From Candidatus Bathyarchaeota archaeon (lineage in GTDB: Archaea > Thermoproteota > CALKCG01 > B24 > DRYS01), in assembly GCA_018396535.1 (NCBI GenBank), contig JAGTQC010000006.1:1-64000 (forward strand): 64,000 nt of DNA. Direction: 5' to 3'. Below, one piece after another: positions 38,681 through 47,604 of this stretch (its first letter is position 1; each line of letters opens with the position of its first letter). The notes beneath the pieces were generated by a model that made no database searches, was not told where the DNA came from, and worked only from the letters and a program-made list of their open reading frames with translations. Made by a program: the position numbers and the translations under genes.

Positions 38681-40463
38681 TCGAAACCAGCCTCCTCGCA
38701 TACTCAGATTCACGTCTATACTCTCTAAAACTTCTGGATAGATAGAATGTTTTCATCTTACGAGAGAAGGATTCTAAGTGTAGATCAGCTATACCTTTAA
38801 GTAAGCCTATAGCTAGATTTGCTTCAGTTTTAACAGCTTTATCCGCTATATATAACAGCTTATTATGTCCAGCGGCTTCTAGGATCTGTGGTTCATCCAT
38901 CATAGATAACATATATAGTATCAAGTTATCTATAGGGCTTAAGTTATCTATACCCTCGTAGAATGGTTCTATATAGGTTCTTCCACCAGCTTCTTCGATC
39001 TCTATACGTCTAACTAAGCTTAGATCTTCTGGGTATATCGGTCTATCATATAGGAATACTAGGGTTCTAATCCTAGGATCTGATGAGAATTCTCTAAGCT
39101 GGAAATATGATTTTACGAAAAGCTTTTCACGACCAACCCTTTTACGAGCTGCTCTCATAACGTTAAACCCTGATGGATGAAATAGTGTTGAAAAACATGC
39201 ATCATAGGCTATGGTACGCCAAGGAGTCTTAATATCTCTATACCTCTCAGCACTTAGGATTGATAGAAGAGCTCTATCGCTTTTAAGGTTAGGTATAGGT
39301 GTTGATGGATCCAACTCCCTATTCAGCTTCATATAGGGTATAGTAGATCTAGTTAGATCGGTTGCAGTCGTATCCTTAGCTATACCTACTAGAAGTTTAC
39401 GATTCTTTACGCAGAGACCTATCAAAGCCTGTAATATTATGAATGTTACAGCTTCCCAATCTAGGAGTCTAATCCATCTACCTTCCATAGTTAGAGGATA
39501 ATCCCCACCTTCTAGAAGTCTAGATGCTACACTTAACGCGGCTTCCACCGATCTAAGCCAGTAGCTTCTAGAATTTTCCGATGGATAGAATAAACCGTTA
39601 TCTTCTATGAATAATCCTCCTCTACACTTCTCGTTTAGTATACGAAGTTTTCTTAGAATCTGATCTTCGATCGATGATGGGATGTTCAGCTTCTCCTTTA
39701 ATGAGAGCCATGATATCGGGCCTTCACTCATTATGAGTTTAAGTATATGGAATTGAAAGTAGGATCGTCTACGTGGTATATGGATATCTCCTGAACCGAA
39801 CATGAAGGATAGTATTAGATCGGCTATAGTGAATCTACCGTACCTAGTTTCTAAACCTTCGAGTGAGGATCTACCTATACCTATTAGTTTTTTAACTCGA
39901 ACTGAGAGATAGCTATAGGTTGAGTATATGGATTTATCGAGTAGTATCATCCTTATATCTTGTCTATCAGGTAAAGCTGCTCTGTAAGCTGTATATATCT
40001 CGGCTAGGGTCATGAATGTGTTAGGTATCCTATCTATAAACCTATCTATATCGATCTCAGCATCCGTAAGCTCCTCTATAGTAGCTATACTCGAAATATC
40101 TTCAAACCATAAAGGTATAGCAGTCGAAAACGATAGAGATTCATCCCGTATTATGTTATCTATATGGAATTCGATATGAGAATCGTATAGATCGAAGCTA
40201 CACGAGTATCCTGCAGCGCATACATAGAATAGGAGCATCTCTAATCGCTCCTCAGATCTCATAGATCCATCGATCCCTATAGCTCTAAACGTTCCTTCAC
40301 CGAGGAATCTTCTAGCGAAACTCGCAGCTTCTGATGGATCTAGGTTTTTAGCAATCTTAACTAGATCATATGCTTCTCTAAGCTTCTCAACTCTAATTCT
40401 GTATATGTCTAGTAGGTATAATGTATGATCTTTAAGCTTTCTAGCCGTATCTGATGCGAACAT
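38664..40463 (-). CDS. nurA: NurA-like 5'-3' nuclease (long form)
   Basis: GIDGS, AE, LLDKS, GIAKD and LLYIAD motifs; directly upstream of herA. Confidence 0.78.
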   Translation of the reverse strand: MFASDTARKLKDHTLYLLDIYRIRVEKLREAYDLVKIAKNLDPSEAASFARRFLGEGTFRAIGIDGSMRSEERLEMLLFYVCAAGYSCSFDLYDSHIEFHIDNIIRDESLSFSTAIPLWFEDISSIATIEELTDAEIDIDRFIDRIPNTFMTLAEIYTAYRAALPDRQDIRMILLDKSIYSTYSYLSVRVKKLIGIGRSSLEGLETRYGRFTIADLILSFMFGSGDIHIPRRRSYFQFHILKLIMSEGPISWLSLKEKLNIPSSIEDQILRKLRILNEKCRGGLFIEDNGLFYPSENSRSYWLRSVEAALSVASRLLEGGDYPLTMEGRWIRLLDWEAVTFIILQALIGLCVKNRKLLVGIAKDTTATDLTRSTIPYMKLNRELDPSTPIPNLKSDRALLSILSAERYRDIKTPWRTIAYDACFSTLFHPSGFNVMRAARKRVGREKLFVKSYFQLREFSSDPRIRTLVFLYDRPIYPEDLSLVRRIEIEEAGGRTYIEPFYEGIDNLSPIDNLILYMLSMMDEPQILEAAGHNKLLYIADKAVKTEANLAIGLLKGIADLHLESFSRKMKTFYLSRSFREYRRESEYARRLVSSGRAD

Positions 40464-40493
40464 AAACCTCGGTCTAAACTTAATCTAACCCAT

Positions 40494-41204
40494 CTATGAT
40501 CCGGATAAATCTTTATCTACCCTACCCTCCTGTTGTATAGAAAGCCTTCTAGCAACCCCCTCCCAATCTACGACGGCTATCATAATCGTAAATCCTACTA
40601 CTAGGATTACCGCTAGGGATAGCGATACCCATACAGGTAGTTCTGAAGTTATAGTACCGATGAATCTGCCGAATAAGCCTATGGTGTAGAGCATAGATAC
40701 CTTACCAGCTATACTAAAGGGTAGAGCTTTAACTAGACTATAACCCGCAGCTCCTAGTAGTAGGAATAGGAATTTATCTGGTAGAGGCGTATAAGCGAAT
40801 AGGAATATAGCTACAGGTACTATCCATCTATATCTACGCATATTCACTATAGCTGAGAAAGCCTCCATCCTACCACTATACCTGGAATCCTTTAAAGCTC
40901 CACCTAGATAGTAGCCTATTAGCCAACCTATAGTTTCACCTAAACCAGATCCTATCCCACCCCATACAGCTACCTCCAATATGTTAAGCTGAGGCATAGC
41001 TGCTGCTAGGGAGAGAACGACAGCGGTATAGGGTACGAAAGGTGTTATAGATCCTAGGAGACACAGGATCAGCATAGCTAACCCTACATGGTATGGGTTC
41101 ACCTCTAATAGTATGTGATGTATCTGATCGTAGTATAGATATATCGGTATACTGAATAATATTAAACCTACTATAGTCGCTATAAGCTTCTCTAGATTCT
41201 TCAA
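40494..41204 (-). CDS. VTT/DedA-like (SNARE-associated) membrane protein
   Basis: GSGLGETIGWLIG, FAYTPLPD, GK pattern. Confidence 0.8.
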   Translation of the reverse strand: MKNLEKLIATIVGLILFSIPIYLYYDQIHHILLEVNPYHVGLAMLILCLLGSITPFVPYTAVVLSLAAAMPQLNILEVAVWGGIGSGLGETIGWLIGYYLGGALKDSRYSGRMEAFSAIVNMRRYRWIVPVAIFLFAYTPLPDKFLFLLLGAAGYSLVKALPFSIAGKVSMLYTIGLFGRFIGTITSELPVWVSLSLAVILVVGFTIMIAVVDWEGVARRLSIQQEGRVDKDLSGS

Positions 41205-41271
41205 AGCCTAACTATAGTCTATCATCGATGAAGTTTATCTATTTTTCACCAGCTTTATAGTAATCTATAGG

Positions 41272-42336
41272 ATGACTCTGCTAGAGCTACCGGTTGTTAG
41301 GAAAGCTAAGCTTCAAGAAGCGTTAGGCGATGGTAGAGTTAAATGTATGCTTTGCGAGAGAAAATGCATAATCCATGACGGTGGTAGAGGCTTCTGTAAA
41401 ACCAGGATTAACATAGCTGGTGAACTCTATACGATAGTCTATGGGGATATAAACGCTATATCAGAGAATCCTATCGAGAAAGGGGGTTAACCCCCCTCGA
41501 TAAAACCCTTCTACCACTATTGGCCTGGTACTATAGCTTTAACATTCTCTACTTGGAGCTGTAACTTTCCATGTCCATGGTGCCAGAATTGGCATTTATC
41601 CAAACTAGAGCCTAACCCATATAGAGCGAACTATATATCGGTCGATAGGATGGTGGATCTAGCTGTTAAATCTAGATGTAGAGGTTTATCTGTATCGTTT
41701 ACAGAACCCACACTCCTCTTCGAATACTGTCTAGACCTATTCCCTCTAGCTAGATCTAGAGGATTATACTGCAATTTTGTTTCAAACGGTTATATGACTC
41801 TAGAAGCTTTACGTATGCTGGTAGAAGCTGGTATGGATGGGCTTAAGATAGATGTGAAGGGGTGTAGCAACTCTGTTCGTAGATACTGTTTAGCTGATAT
41901 CGATGTATGTTGGAGGAATGCCTCTAAAGCTTTAGAGATGGGTGTACATGTAGAGATAGTGAATCTAGTAATACCTGGCGTAAACGATTCAGAAGAGTGT
42001 ATAGAGGAGGTTTGTAAAAAGCATATAGAGAGTGTAGGTGATGAAACACCCCTACACTTCACAGCCTACTATCCAGCTTATAGATTCACCAATCCTCCTA
42101 CACCAGTATCCAAGTTGGAGGAGGCTTATAGGATAGCTAAAGGTTATGGGTTGAAATACGTGTATATAGGTAACGTACCTGGGCATCCATACGAGAATAC
42201 ATACTGCCCTGAATGTGGTGAACTACTTATAAAACGCTACGGTTTAACATTGATATCTGTAAAACTTACGAAGGATAAGAAATGTCCTAGATGTGGTTGT
42301 AGCATACCTATAAGAGGAGATATACACACTATCTAG
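41272..42336 (+). CDS. amrS: AmmeMemoRadiSam-system radical SAM enzyme, interrupted by a 21-nt intron candidate (join 41272..41480,41502..42336; 347 aa)
   Basis: N-terminal C..C.R.C...G.C..R.N..G.L, PIEK|KPFYHYWPG, CNFPCPWCQNW, FTEP, VSNGY, IPGVND, PLHF.AYYP, YVYIGNVPG..ENTYCP.CG; the two listed ORFs share one frame and are separated only by TAA inside the insert. Confidence 0.92.
41481..41501 (+). other. Putative archaeal (BHB/HBh'-type) mRNA intron, 21 nt
   Basis: CGAG-AA^A-GGGGG-TTAA-CCCCC-CTCG-AT^A: a 4-bp helix with two 3-nt bulges and a 5-bp GC hairpin; excision restores PIEKKP and the reading frame. Confidence 0.8.
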
Positions 42337-42345
42337 GAGTGGTAG

Positions 42346-43203
42346 ATGTCTAAGCGATTCAGGGATAAGCTTATAGATAGGTTAGGTTTATCGAAAGCTA
42401 ACGCTATATCATCTAGCTATGATGTTATAGGTGATATAGCTGTTATAAGGGTTCTTAAACCTGGGGTTCTAAGCGATGAAGATTATTATACCATAGCTAA
42501 TATAATATTCGATTCTAATCCTAGGGTTAAGACTATACTACGCCAGGATAGCCCTGTAGAGTCTCCTCTAAGGATTAGACGTCTAACATTCATAGCTGGT
42601 GAGAAGCGTACTCTAACTATACATAGGGAGTATAGATGTAGTTTTAAAGTAGATCTATCTAAAGTATTCTTCTCACCTAGGCTATCCTATGAAAGAGTTA
42701 GGCTAGCTAGCTTAGTGAGAGAGGGCGAGTATATAGTTAATATGTTCTCAGGGGTAGGCTGCTTCTCCATATCGATAGCTAGATTAGCGAAGCCTAGAGC
42801 GGTATATTCGATAGATATCAGTAAGGATGCGTATGTACTAATGAAGGAGAATGTATATATAAATAATGTAGAGTATACGGTTATACCTATCCTAGGTGAT
42901 GCTCGTCAAACGATCGAATCGAGGTTGAGATACATAGCTGATCGTGTAATAGAACCTCTACCAGATTTAGCGTATGCATACCTAGATGTAGCTTTAAAAG
43001 CTTTAAAACCTGAAGGCGGATGGATACACTACTACAGTTTTATACATGTGAAGAGTATGAGCCTAGACTACGAGGTTTGTAGAATTAAAAAGAGGATAGG
43101 AAGGTATGGGTGGATTGCTAAGTATGCTAAAGCTAGGATTGTTAGAAGCGTCGGTCCTAACTGGGTTCAATCAGTCGTAGATCTATACGTATCTAAGATC
43201 TAA
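42346..43203 (+). CDS. Trm5/Taw2-family tRNA methyltransferase (Met-10+ class I SAM MTase)
   Basis: YDVIGDIAV, GEKRTLTIHREY.CSFKVDLSKVFFSPRLSYER, NMFSGVG, GWIHYY. Confidence 0.9.
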   Translation: MSKRFRDKLIDRLGLSKANAISSSYDVIGDIAVIRVLKPGVLSDEDYYTIANIIFDSNPRVKTILRQDSPVESPLRIRRLTFIAGEKRTLTIHREYRCSFKVDLSKVFFSPRLSYERVRLASLVREGEYIVNMFSGVGCFSISIARLAKPRAVYSIDISKDAYVLMKENVYINNVEYTVIPILGDARQTIESRLRYIADRVIEPLPDLAYAYLDVALKALKPEGGWIHYYSFIHVKSMSLDYEVCRIKKRIGRYGWIAKYAKARIVRSVGPNWVQSVVDLYVSKI

Positions 43204-43274
43204 CCATCCACGATGACCTAGATAGCTAATAGTTAAATACAGCTCCGAGTATAAGATTATAGTGGTGGGTAGGG

Positions 43275-43850
43275 TTGGGTGAGGAATGGTTCCCGTTTAG
43301 AAGGAGAAGGATATGGAGCTTCTTCGATGAGATGATGAGAGAGATGGAGGAATTCTTCGAAAGAGAATTCGAGGATATAGAGAAGATGGTAAGCGAAATG
43401 TCTGAGAGATATGTGAGAGAGCGTACCCTACCTGATGGTAGTAAGGTTAGAGAGTACGGCCCCTTCGTTTACGGATACTCTATAACCATAGGCCCAGATG
43501 GCAAGCCTATAATAAGAGAGTTTGGTAATGTTAAACCTCAACCGTATGGTAGGCCGCGTATATCTATAAAGGAGGAGAGGGAGCCTTTAGTAGATGTTAT
43601 GACAACAGATGATGAAGTAAAGGTTATAGCTGAGATACCTGGGGTAGAGAAGGAGGATATAAAGCTTGAGGGTACGGAGGATACGCTAATAATATCCGTA
43701 GATACACCTGAGAGGAAATACTATAAGGAGGTTAAGCTACCGGTACCAGTAGACCCTGAGAGAGCTAAGAGTAACTATAAGAATGGTGTTTTAGAAGTAA
43801 TACTTCCACGTAAAGGTAGACCTAGAGGATACCAGATAAAGGTAGAATAG
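43275..43850 (+). CDS. hsp20: Archaeal small heat shock protein Hsp20
   Basis: GPFVYGYSITIGPDGKPIIREFGNV, REPLVDV, YKNGVLEV. Confidence 0.95.
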   Translation: MGEEWFPFRRRRIWSFFDEMMREMEEFFEREFEDIEKMVSEMSERYVRERTLPDGSKVREYGPFVYGYSITIGPDGKPIIREFGNVKPQPYGRPRISIKEEREPLVDVMTTDDEVKVIAEIPGVEKEDIKLEGTEDTLIISVDTPERKYYKEVKLPVPVDPERAKSNYKNGVLEVILPRKGRPRGYQIKVE

Positions 43851-43875
43851 AGACCACCCCATCCTAACCTCTAAT

Positions 43876-44412
43876 CTAGAGTCTTATCCTAGATAAAGCT
43901 AGCTTCCTAAGTATACCGGTATCATATACCTCAGAAAAGTATTTCTCTATTATATCCATGTATATCTCCACTTCTTCATCACTCATATACTGGAACATGT
44001 ATGGGCCTGTATACGGTGATGGAGCCCCATCCCTAGTTATAAATTCTATATGCATAAACGGATCTCCACGCGTAATGGTTATAGGACTACGATCGTTACT
44101 CAGATTAACCACCTCTAAAGCTAACCTACCTATGAAGCCTGAGTGTACCTTAGCCGCGTTGAGGAATGATAAACCCATACGCCCATACCTACTCTTAGCT
44201 GTTAGATGTGCAACCATATCGGGTGGAGTAAATACGACTTCATAGGATACTAGATTCTTATGCTCCAGGTATTGTAGAGTTACATCCTCCATAACCGTTA
44301 ATACATATCCATCCCCATCGAATAGCGATGGTGAAGCTGGATATATACACTTATACTTCTCAACCAGCTTCTCCAATCTATCCCTACCTATTACACACAT
44401 ACCCCATCCCAC
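43876..44412 (-). CDS. dCTP deaminase/dUTPase-like protein
   Basis: KSRYGRMGL, VHSGFIGRLALEVVN, PYTGPY. Confidence 0.82.
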   Translation of the reverse strand: MGWGMCVIGRDRLEKLVEKYKCIYPASPSLFDGDGYVLTVMEDVTLQYLEHKNLVSYEVVFTPPDMVAHLTAKSRYGRMGLSFLNAAKVHSGFIGRLALEVVNLSNDRSPITITRGDPFMHIEFITRDGAPSPYTGPYMFQYMSDEEVEIYMDIIEKYFSEVYDTGILRKLALSRIRL

Positions 44413-44535
44413 AATTATCTAGAAATATACCTAATGAATATTTCATCATAAACCCTATGCATAAACCTATACCAGCCTATCGATTCGATAAGCATACATA
44501 TGTGAAATTCCTACCCTAAACCCTCGTTAATAGGT

Positions 44536-44793
44536 CTAGGTAGATTGCTTCGCACCACTCATACTCTCCATAACTATGAGCGTGGTAGTCGATATAACTC
44601 CTTTAATACGTCTAATACTACCTAGTACCACATCCCTAAGCTTCCGCATATCATCAGTCTCTACTATAGCTACAGCATCGTATGTACCGTAGACTAGGAA
44701 TACCTGAGATACCGATGGTATATCCTTAATCTTAGATATAACCTCCTCCTCTAAACCTGAAGCTATATTTATAAGAACTATACCCTGTATCAA
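44536..44793 (-). CDS. Lrp/AsnC ligand-binding domain protein
   Basis: VYGTYDAVAIVE, IRRIKGVISTTTLIV; stand-alone RAM domain. Confidence 0.9.
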   Translation of the reverse strand: MIQGIVLINIASGLEEEVISKIKDIPSVSQVFLVYGTYDAVAIVETDDMRKLRDVVLGSIRRIKGVISTTTLIVMESMSGAKQST

Positions 44794-44854
44794 GGCTCTA
44801 TACTATAGTATCGGATTATCCTAGATAAATATATTGGATAGGATAGGAGACCTA

Positions 44855-45817
44855 TCAGGATAGACCAAGCGATCTAGATAGAATCTCCAAATTCACCCTA
44901 CCAGATGTATGAATCCTTCCAGTCCTTATATTGAATACAGTTATCGATGCAGGTGCGAATAGATGAGGATCTATCTTATAGAAATCGTATCCAGCCTCCT
45001 TGAATATCTGATGGAACGGCCTACCATAATCCCTACTAGCCGAGCTAGGAGTCTCAGATACAAACCTACTCAATAACTCATCATCCTCGAAATCTACACC
45101 GTAGAATGTTACCCCCCCATAAAGGATTACGTCGTTACTCCTACCCATAGCTCTACCGAAATCCGGATGGGGGAATCCTATAGGTGCATAACCGAATCCA
45201 TAAACTATCCTATTTATATCAAAGCCTATCTCGTTAAGCTTATGTATACCTGTCTCAACTATCCTCCCAGATATCTGAACCATAGCGGATAGGCTTGTAG
45301 TAGGTGTGAGGATTATGTATAAGCTACTAGGTTTAACACCACACTTACCAGCTACATACTCTACGACAGACTCATCTGGTTTAGATGAAGTTTCAAAAAC
45401 TATAACAGCTTCATCAGCTTCATCCCTATAACCTATCTTCTCGTATAAAGCTTTAGGTTCTAGACTTAAAGCTCTAGCAGGACCAGAACCTAAAGCGAAG
45501 AATTTACCTACCTTAACCCTCCAACCCGCATACTGGCTAGCCATAGTAGCTATCACAGGATGATCTGTATAGACGTTTACAGCAGGTAGAATCCTCCCAT
45601 CGAAGTATCCGAATACTATCGAAGCTCTACCAAGACCACCCATACAGATCTCGGTTATAATTCTACCAGCTTCAAACCCACCCCTAGCTTCTATACCAGC
45701 ATCCACTATGGTAGATCCAGACGGCCCGCTTAGAACCTTAACCTGATAGTACTCTTGATTATCTATAAGCTCCTTAACAAGGTTTAGAGCTATCCTATTA
45801 ACAGATAGTCTACTCAT
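44855..45817 (-). CDS. mch: Methenyltetrahydromethanopterin cyclohydrolase
   Basis: SVN, ICMGGLG, SQYAGW, GSGPARAL, RIVETGIHKL, MGRSND.ILYGG, DFYKIDP.LFAPA. Confidence 0.97.
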   Translation of the reverse strand: MSRLSVNRIALNLVKELIDNQEYYQVKVLSGPSGSTIVDAGIEARGGFEAGRIITEICMGGLGRASIVFGYFDGRILPAVNVYTDHPVIATMASQYAGWRVKVGKFFALGSGPARALSLEPKALYEKIGYRDEADEAVIVFETSSKPDESVVEYVAGKCGVKPSSLYIILTPTTSLSAMVQISGRIVETGIHKLNEIGFDINRIVYGFGYAPIGFPHPDFGRAMGRSNDVILYGGVTFYGVDFEDDELLSRFVSETPSSASRDYGRPFHQIFKEAGYDFYKIDPHLFAPASITVFNIRTGRIHTSGRVNLEILSRSLGLS

Positions 45818-45886
45818 ACCCGTTCAGAAAGGTTTAGATAATACGTTAAACCCTATATACTTTACCCTAGCTAGGATTGTAGAGAG

Positions 45887-46324
45887 GTGTATACGATGCC
45901 GGGTAAACATGAAGTTAAACCTGAAACCTGGAGGAAATGGATTAGACTTATCCTAGAAAATATAAGGGAGCCTATATCTAGCGAGGAGCTATATTCTAGA
46001 CTTAAGGAGAAGGGTGTCGCTCAGAAGAGAGTGGATAGTATCCTAGCAGTACTCGAAGAAGCTGGCTTAGTTAAGATCGAGGATGGAAAAATATACTTTA
46101 AGATCGAGAAAACTAGCGAAGCTAGCATAGTTAGCGAGGTTAAACATGAAGAGTATCCTAAGAGTATAGAATTCATCGATTGCATACACCTATCTAAACT
46201 AGGTATAGAGAGTAGAAGCGGCTCTAAACTATACTTCTGCTCTAAATACGAGATAACTATAGGCGAGGAAGCTGAGATATGCTTCGTATGTAAGTATAGA
46301 ACCCCCCGTAGTGGAGGGGTATAG
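45887..46324 (+). CDS. Hypothetical protein (N-terminal winged-HTH-like, C-terminal Cys cluster)
   Basis: LEEAGLV wHTH-like segment; C.H...C...C..C tail. Confidence 0.65.
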   Translation: MYTMPGKHEVKPETWRKWIRLILENIREPISSEELYSRLKEKGVAQKRVDSILAVLEEAGLVKIEDGKIYFKIEKTSEASIVSEVKHEEYPKSIEFIDCIHLSKLGIESRSGSKLYFCSKYEITIGEEAEICFVCKYRTPRSGGV

Positions 46325-46326
46325 AT

Positions 46327-46770
46327 ATAGCGTTAACTATATGGACTATAGGCTACTCAGAGTCTAGTATAGATAGGCTTATAGATACTCTAGAAAGGTA
46401 TGGTATACAGCTAGTTATCGATATTCGACGATGGCCTACATCTAGGATAGAGGGATATAGTAGGGATGATCTAGAATGTAGATTAAGATCAAAGGGTATA
46501 GGATACCTATGGATGGGATCTGAACTAGGAGGATATAGGAGAGGAGGGTATGAGGAGTATATGAAGACTATAGATTTCGAGATAGCTCTATCAAAGCTTA
46601 TAGAGATAGCATCTTCAACTAGGGTATGCCTACTATGCCTCGAATCCAACCCTAAGGGATGTCATAGAAGGTTCATAGCTGAAGCTTTAGTCGAAAAAGG
46701 TGTTGAAGTCGTACACATAATACTTAAACGTAGAGTACTATATGAAGAGAAGCATAGGGTATACAGATGA
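46327..46770 (+). CDS. DUF488 family protein (no canonical start codon; ATA inferred)
   Basis: Frame open from 46312: IWTIGYS, LVIDIRRWP.SR, YLWMGSELGG, LLCLE..P..CHR..IA, VVHI. Confidence 0.82.
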   Translation: MALTIWTIGYSESSIDRLIDTLERYGIQLVIDIRRWPTSRIEGYSRDDLECRLRSKGIGYLWMGSELGGYRRGGYEEYMKTIDFEIALSKLIEIASSTRVCLLCLESNPKGCHRRFIAEALVEKGVEVVHIILKRRVLYEEKHRVYR

Positions 46771-46772
46771 TT

Positions 46773-47591
46773 CTAGAGAAACTTCTCGAAAATCTCCAAC
46801 TCAGGGTTCGAAGGCTTCGATATGAAGAGCCTCCCCCGCCCATCCTCAGATAGATCTCCCTGGAATACGTAGAATGGGCCATCCAGTCTCTCACGTACAC
46901 CTCTAACCGATGGACGTACCTCCTCTATTTGGAAGGATGGGAGAACCGATCCTACTCTCCCTAGTATTATCACCCTACCATCCCTCATCCTAGCTCCAGC
47001 CCTTCCCATACAATCCCCATAGACTACTATAGTCCCTCCAAGCATCCTTAACCCTGGGAATAGGCCTACACTACCCCTAACTTCTATACTACCATCACGC
47101 ATATACGCTCCTATACACTCACCTACATCACCATCAACCACTATAGATCCTCCACGCATACCTTTAGAAGAACCTTTAGGCGGAGCACCTATATAACTTC
47201 CAGCCGATCCCTTAACATATATAGATCCTCCACGCATAGCCATACCAAGCCAGTGATCTACATCACCCTCCACCACTATCCTACCACCACGCATATACTC
47301 CCCAACCCTAACCCCACCAGAACCCTTCACAGTTATACTACCCCTACTCATCTTAGAACCTATACCCCTAGCTCTACTGAAATCCCCCATGAAAACTATA
47401 TCTATCTCCTCCCCACCCTCATCAGCTACCTCTATCGAGAATACCTCATCCACCCTCCTACGTTTAGAACCCACCATCACCTGTAGAGATCTAACCTCGC
47501 TAATATCCATACCATCTATATTATCAGGAGTTATAGGTGATAAATCTACAGGTATCTTAAACGGTGTTATAGGTTTGAATAGGATCCTCAT
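46773..47591 (-). CDS. fwdC: Formylmethanofuran dehydrogenase subunit C
   Basis: GXGXG beta-helix repeats (G..M.GG.I.V.G), FQGDL..GRG.L. Confidence 0.95.
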   Translation of the reverse strand: MRILFKPITPFKIPVDLSPITPDNIDGMDISEVRSLQVMVGSKRRRVDEVFSIEVADEGGEEIDIVFMGDFSRARGIGSKMSRGSITVKGSGGVRVGEYMRGGRIVVEGDVDHWLGMAMRGGSIYVKGSAGSYIGAPPKGSSKGMRGGSIVVDGDVGECIGAYMRDGSIEVRGSVGLFPGLRMLGGTIVVYGDCMGRAGARMRDGRVIILGRVGSVLPSFQIEEVRPSVRGVRERLDGPFYVFQGDLSEDGRGRLFISKPSNPELEIFEKFL

Positions 47592-47604
47592 AACCCAACA
47601 CCCC

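Noticed and set aside
41488-41490. Stop-codon recoding (Sec/Pyl) or readthrough as the explanation for split amrS
   Set aside because: The stop is TAA, which is not recoded to Sec or Pyl. Readthrough would leave a 7-residue insert (GG*PPSI) inside the conserved PIEKKP motif, whereas splicing restores it exactly.
46295-46326. Second HBh'-like fold (TATA-GAA-CCCC...GGGG-TATA-GAT) at the junction before the DUF488 gene
   Set aside because: The central helix is all A-T. Excising 46301-46325 neither fuses the upstream gene to the DUF488 frame nor supplies a start codon, and the G-run is adequately explained as an SD sequence.
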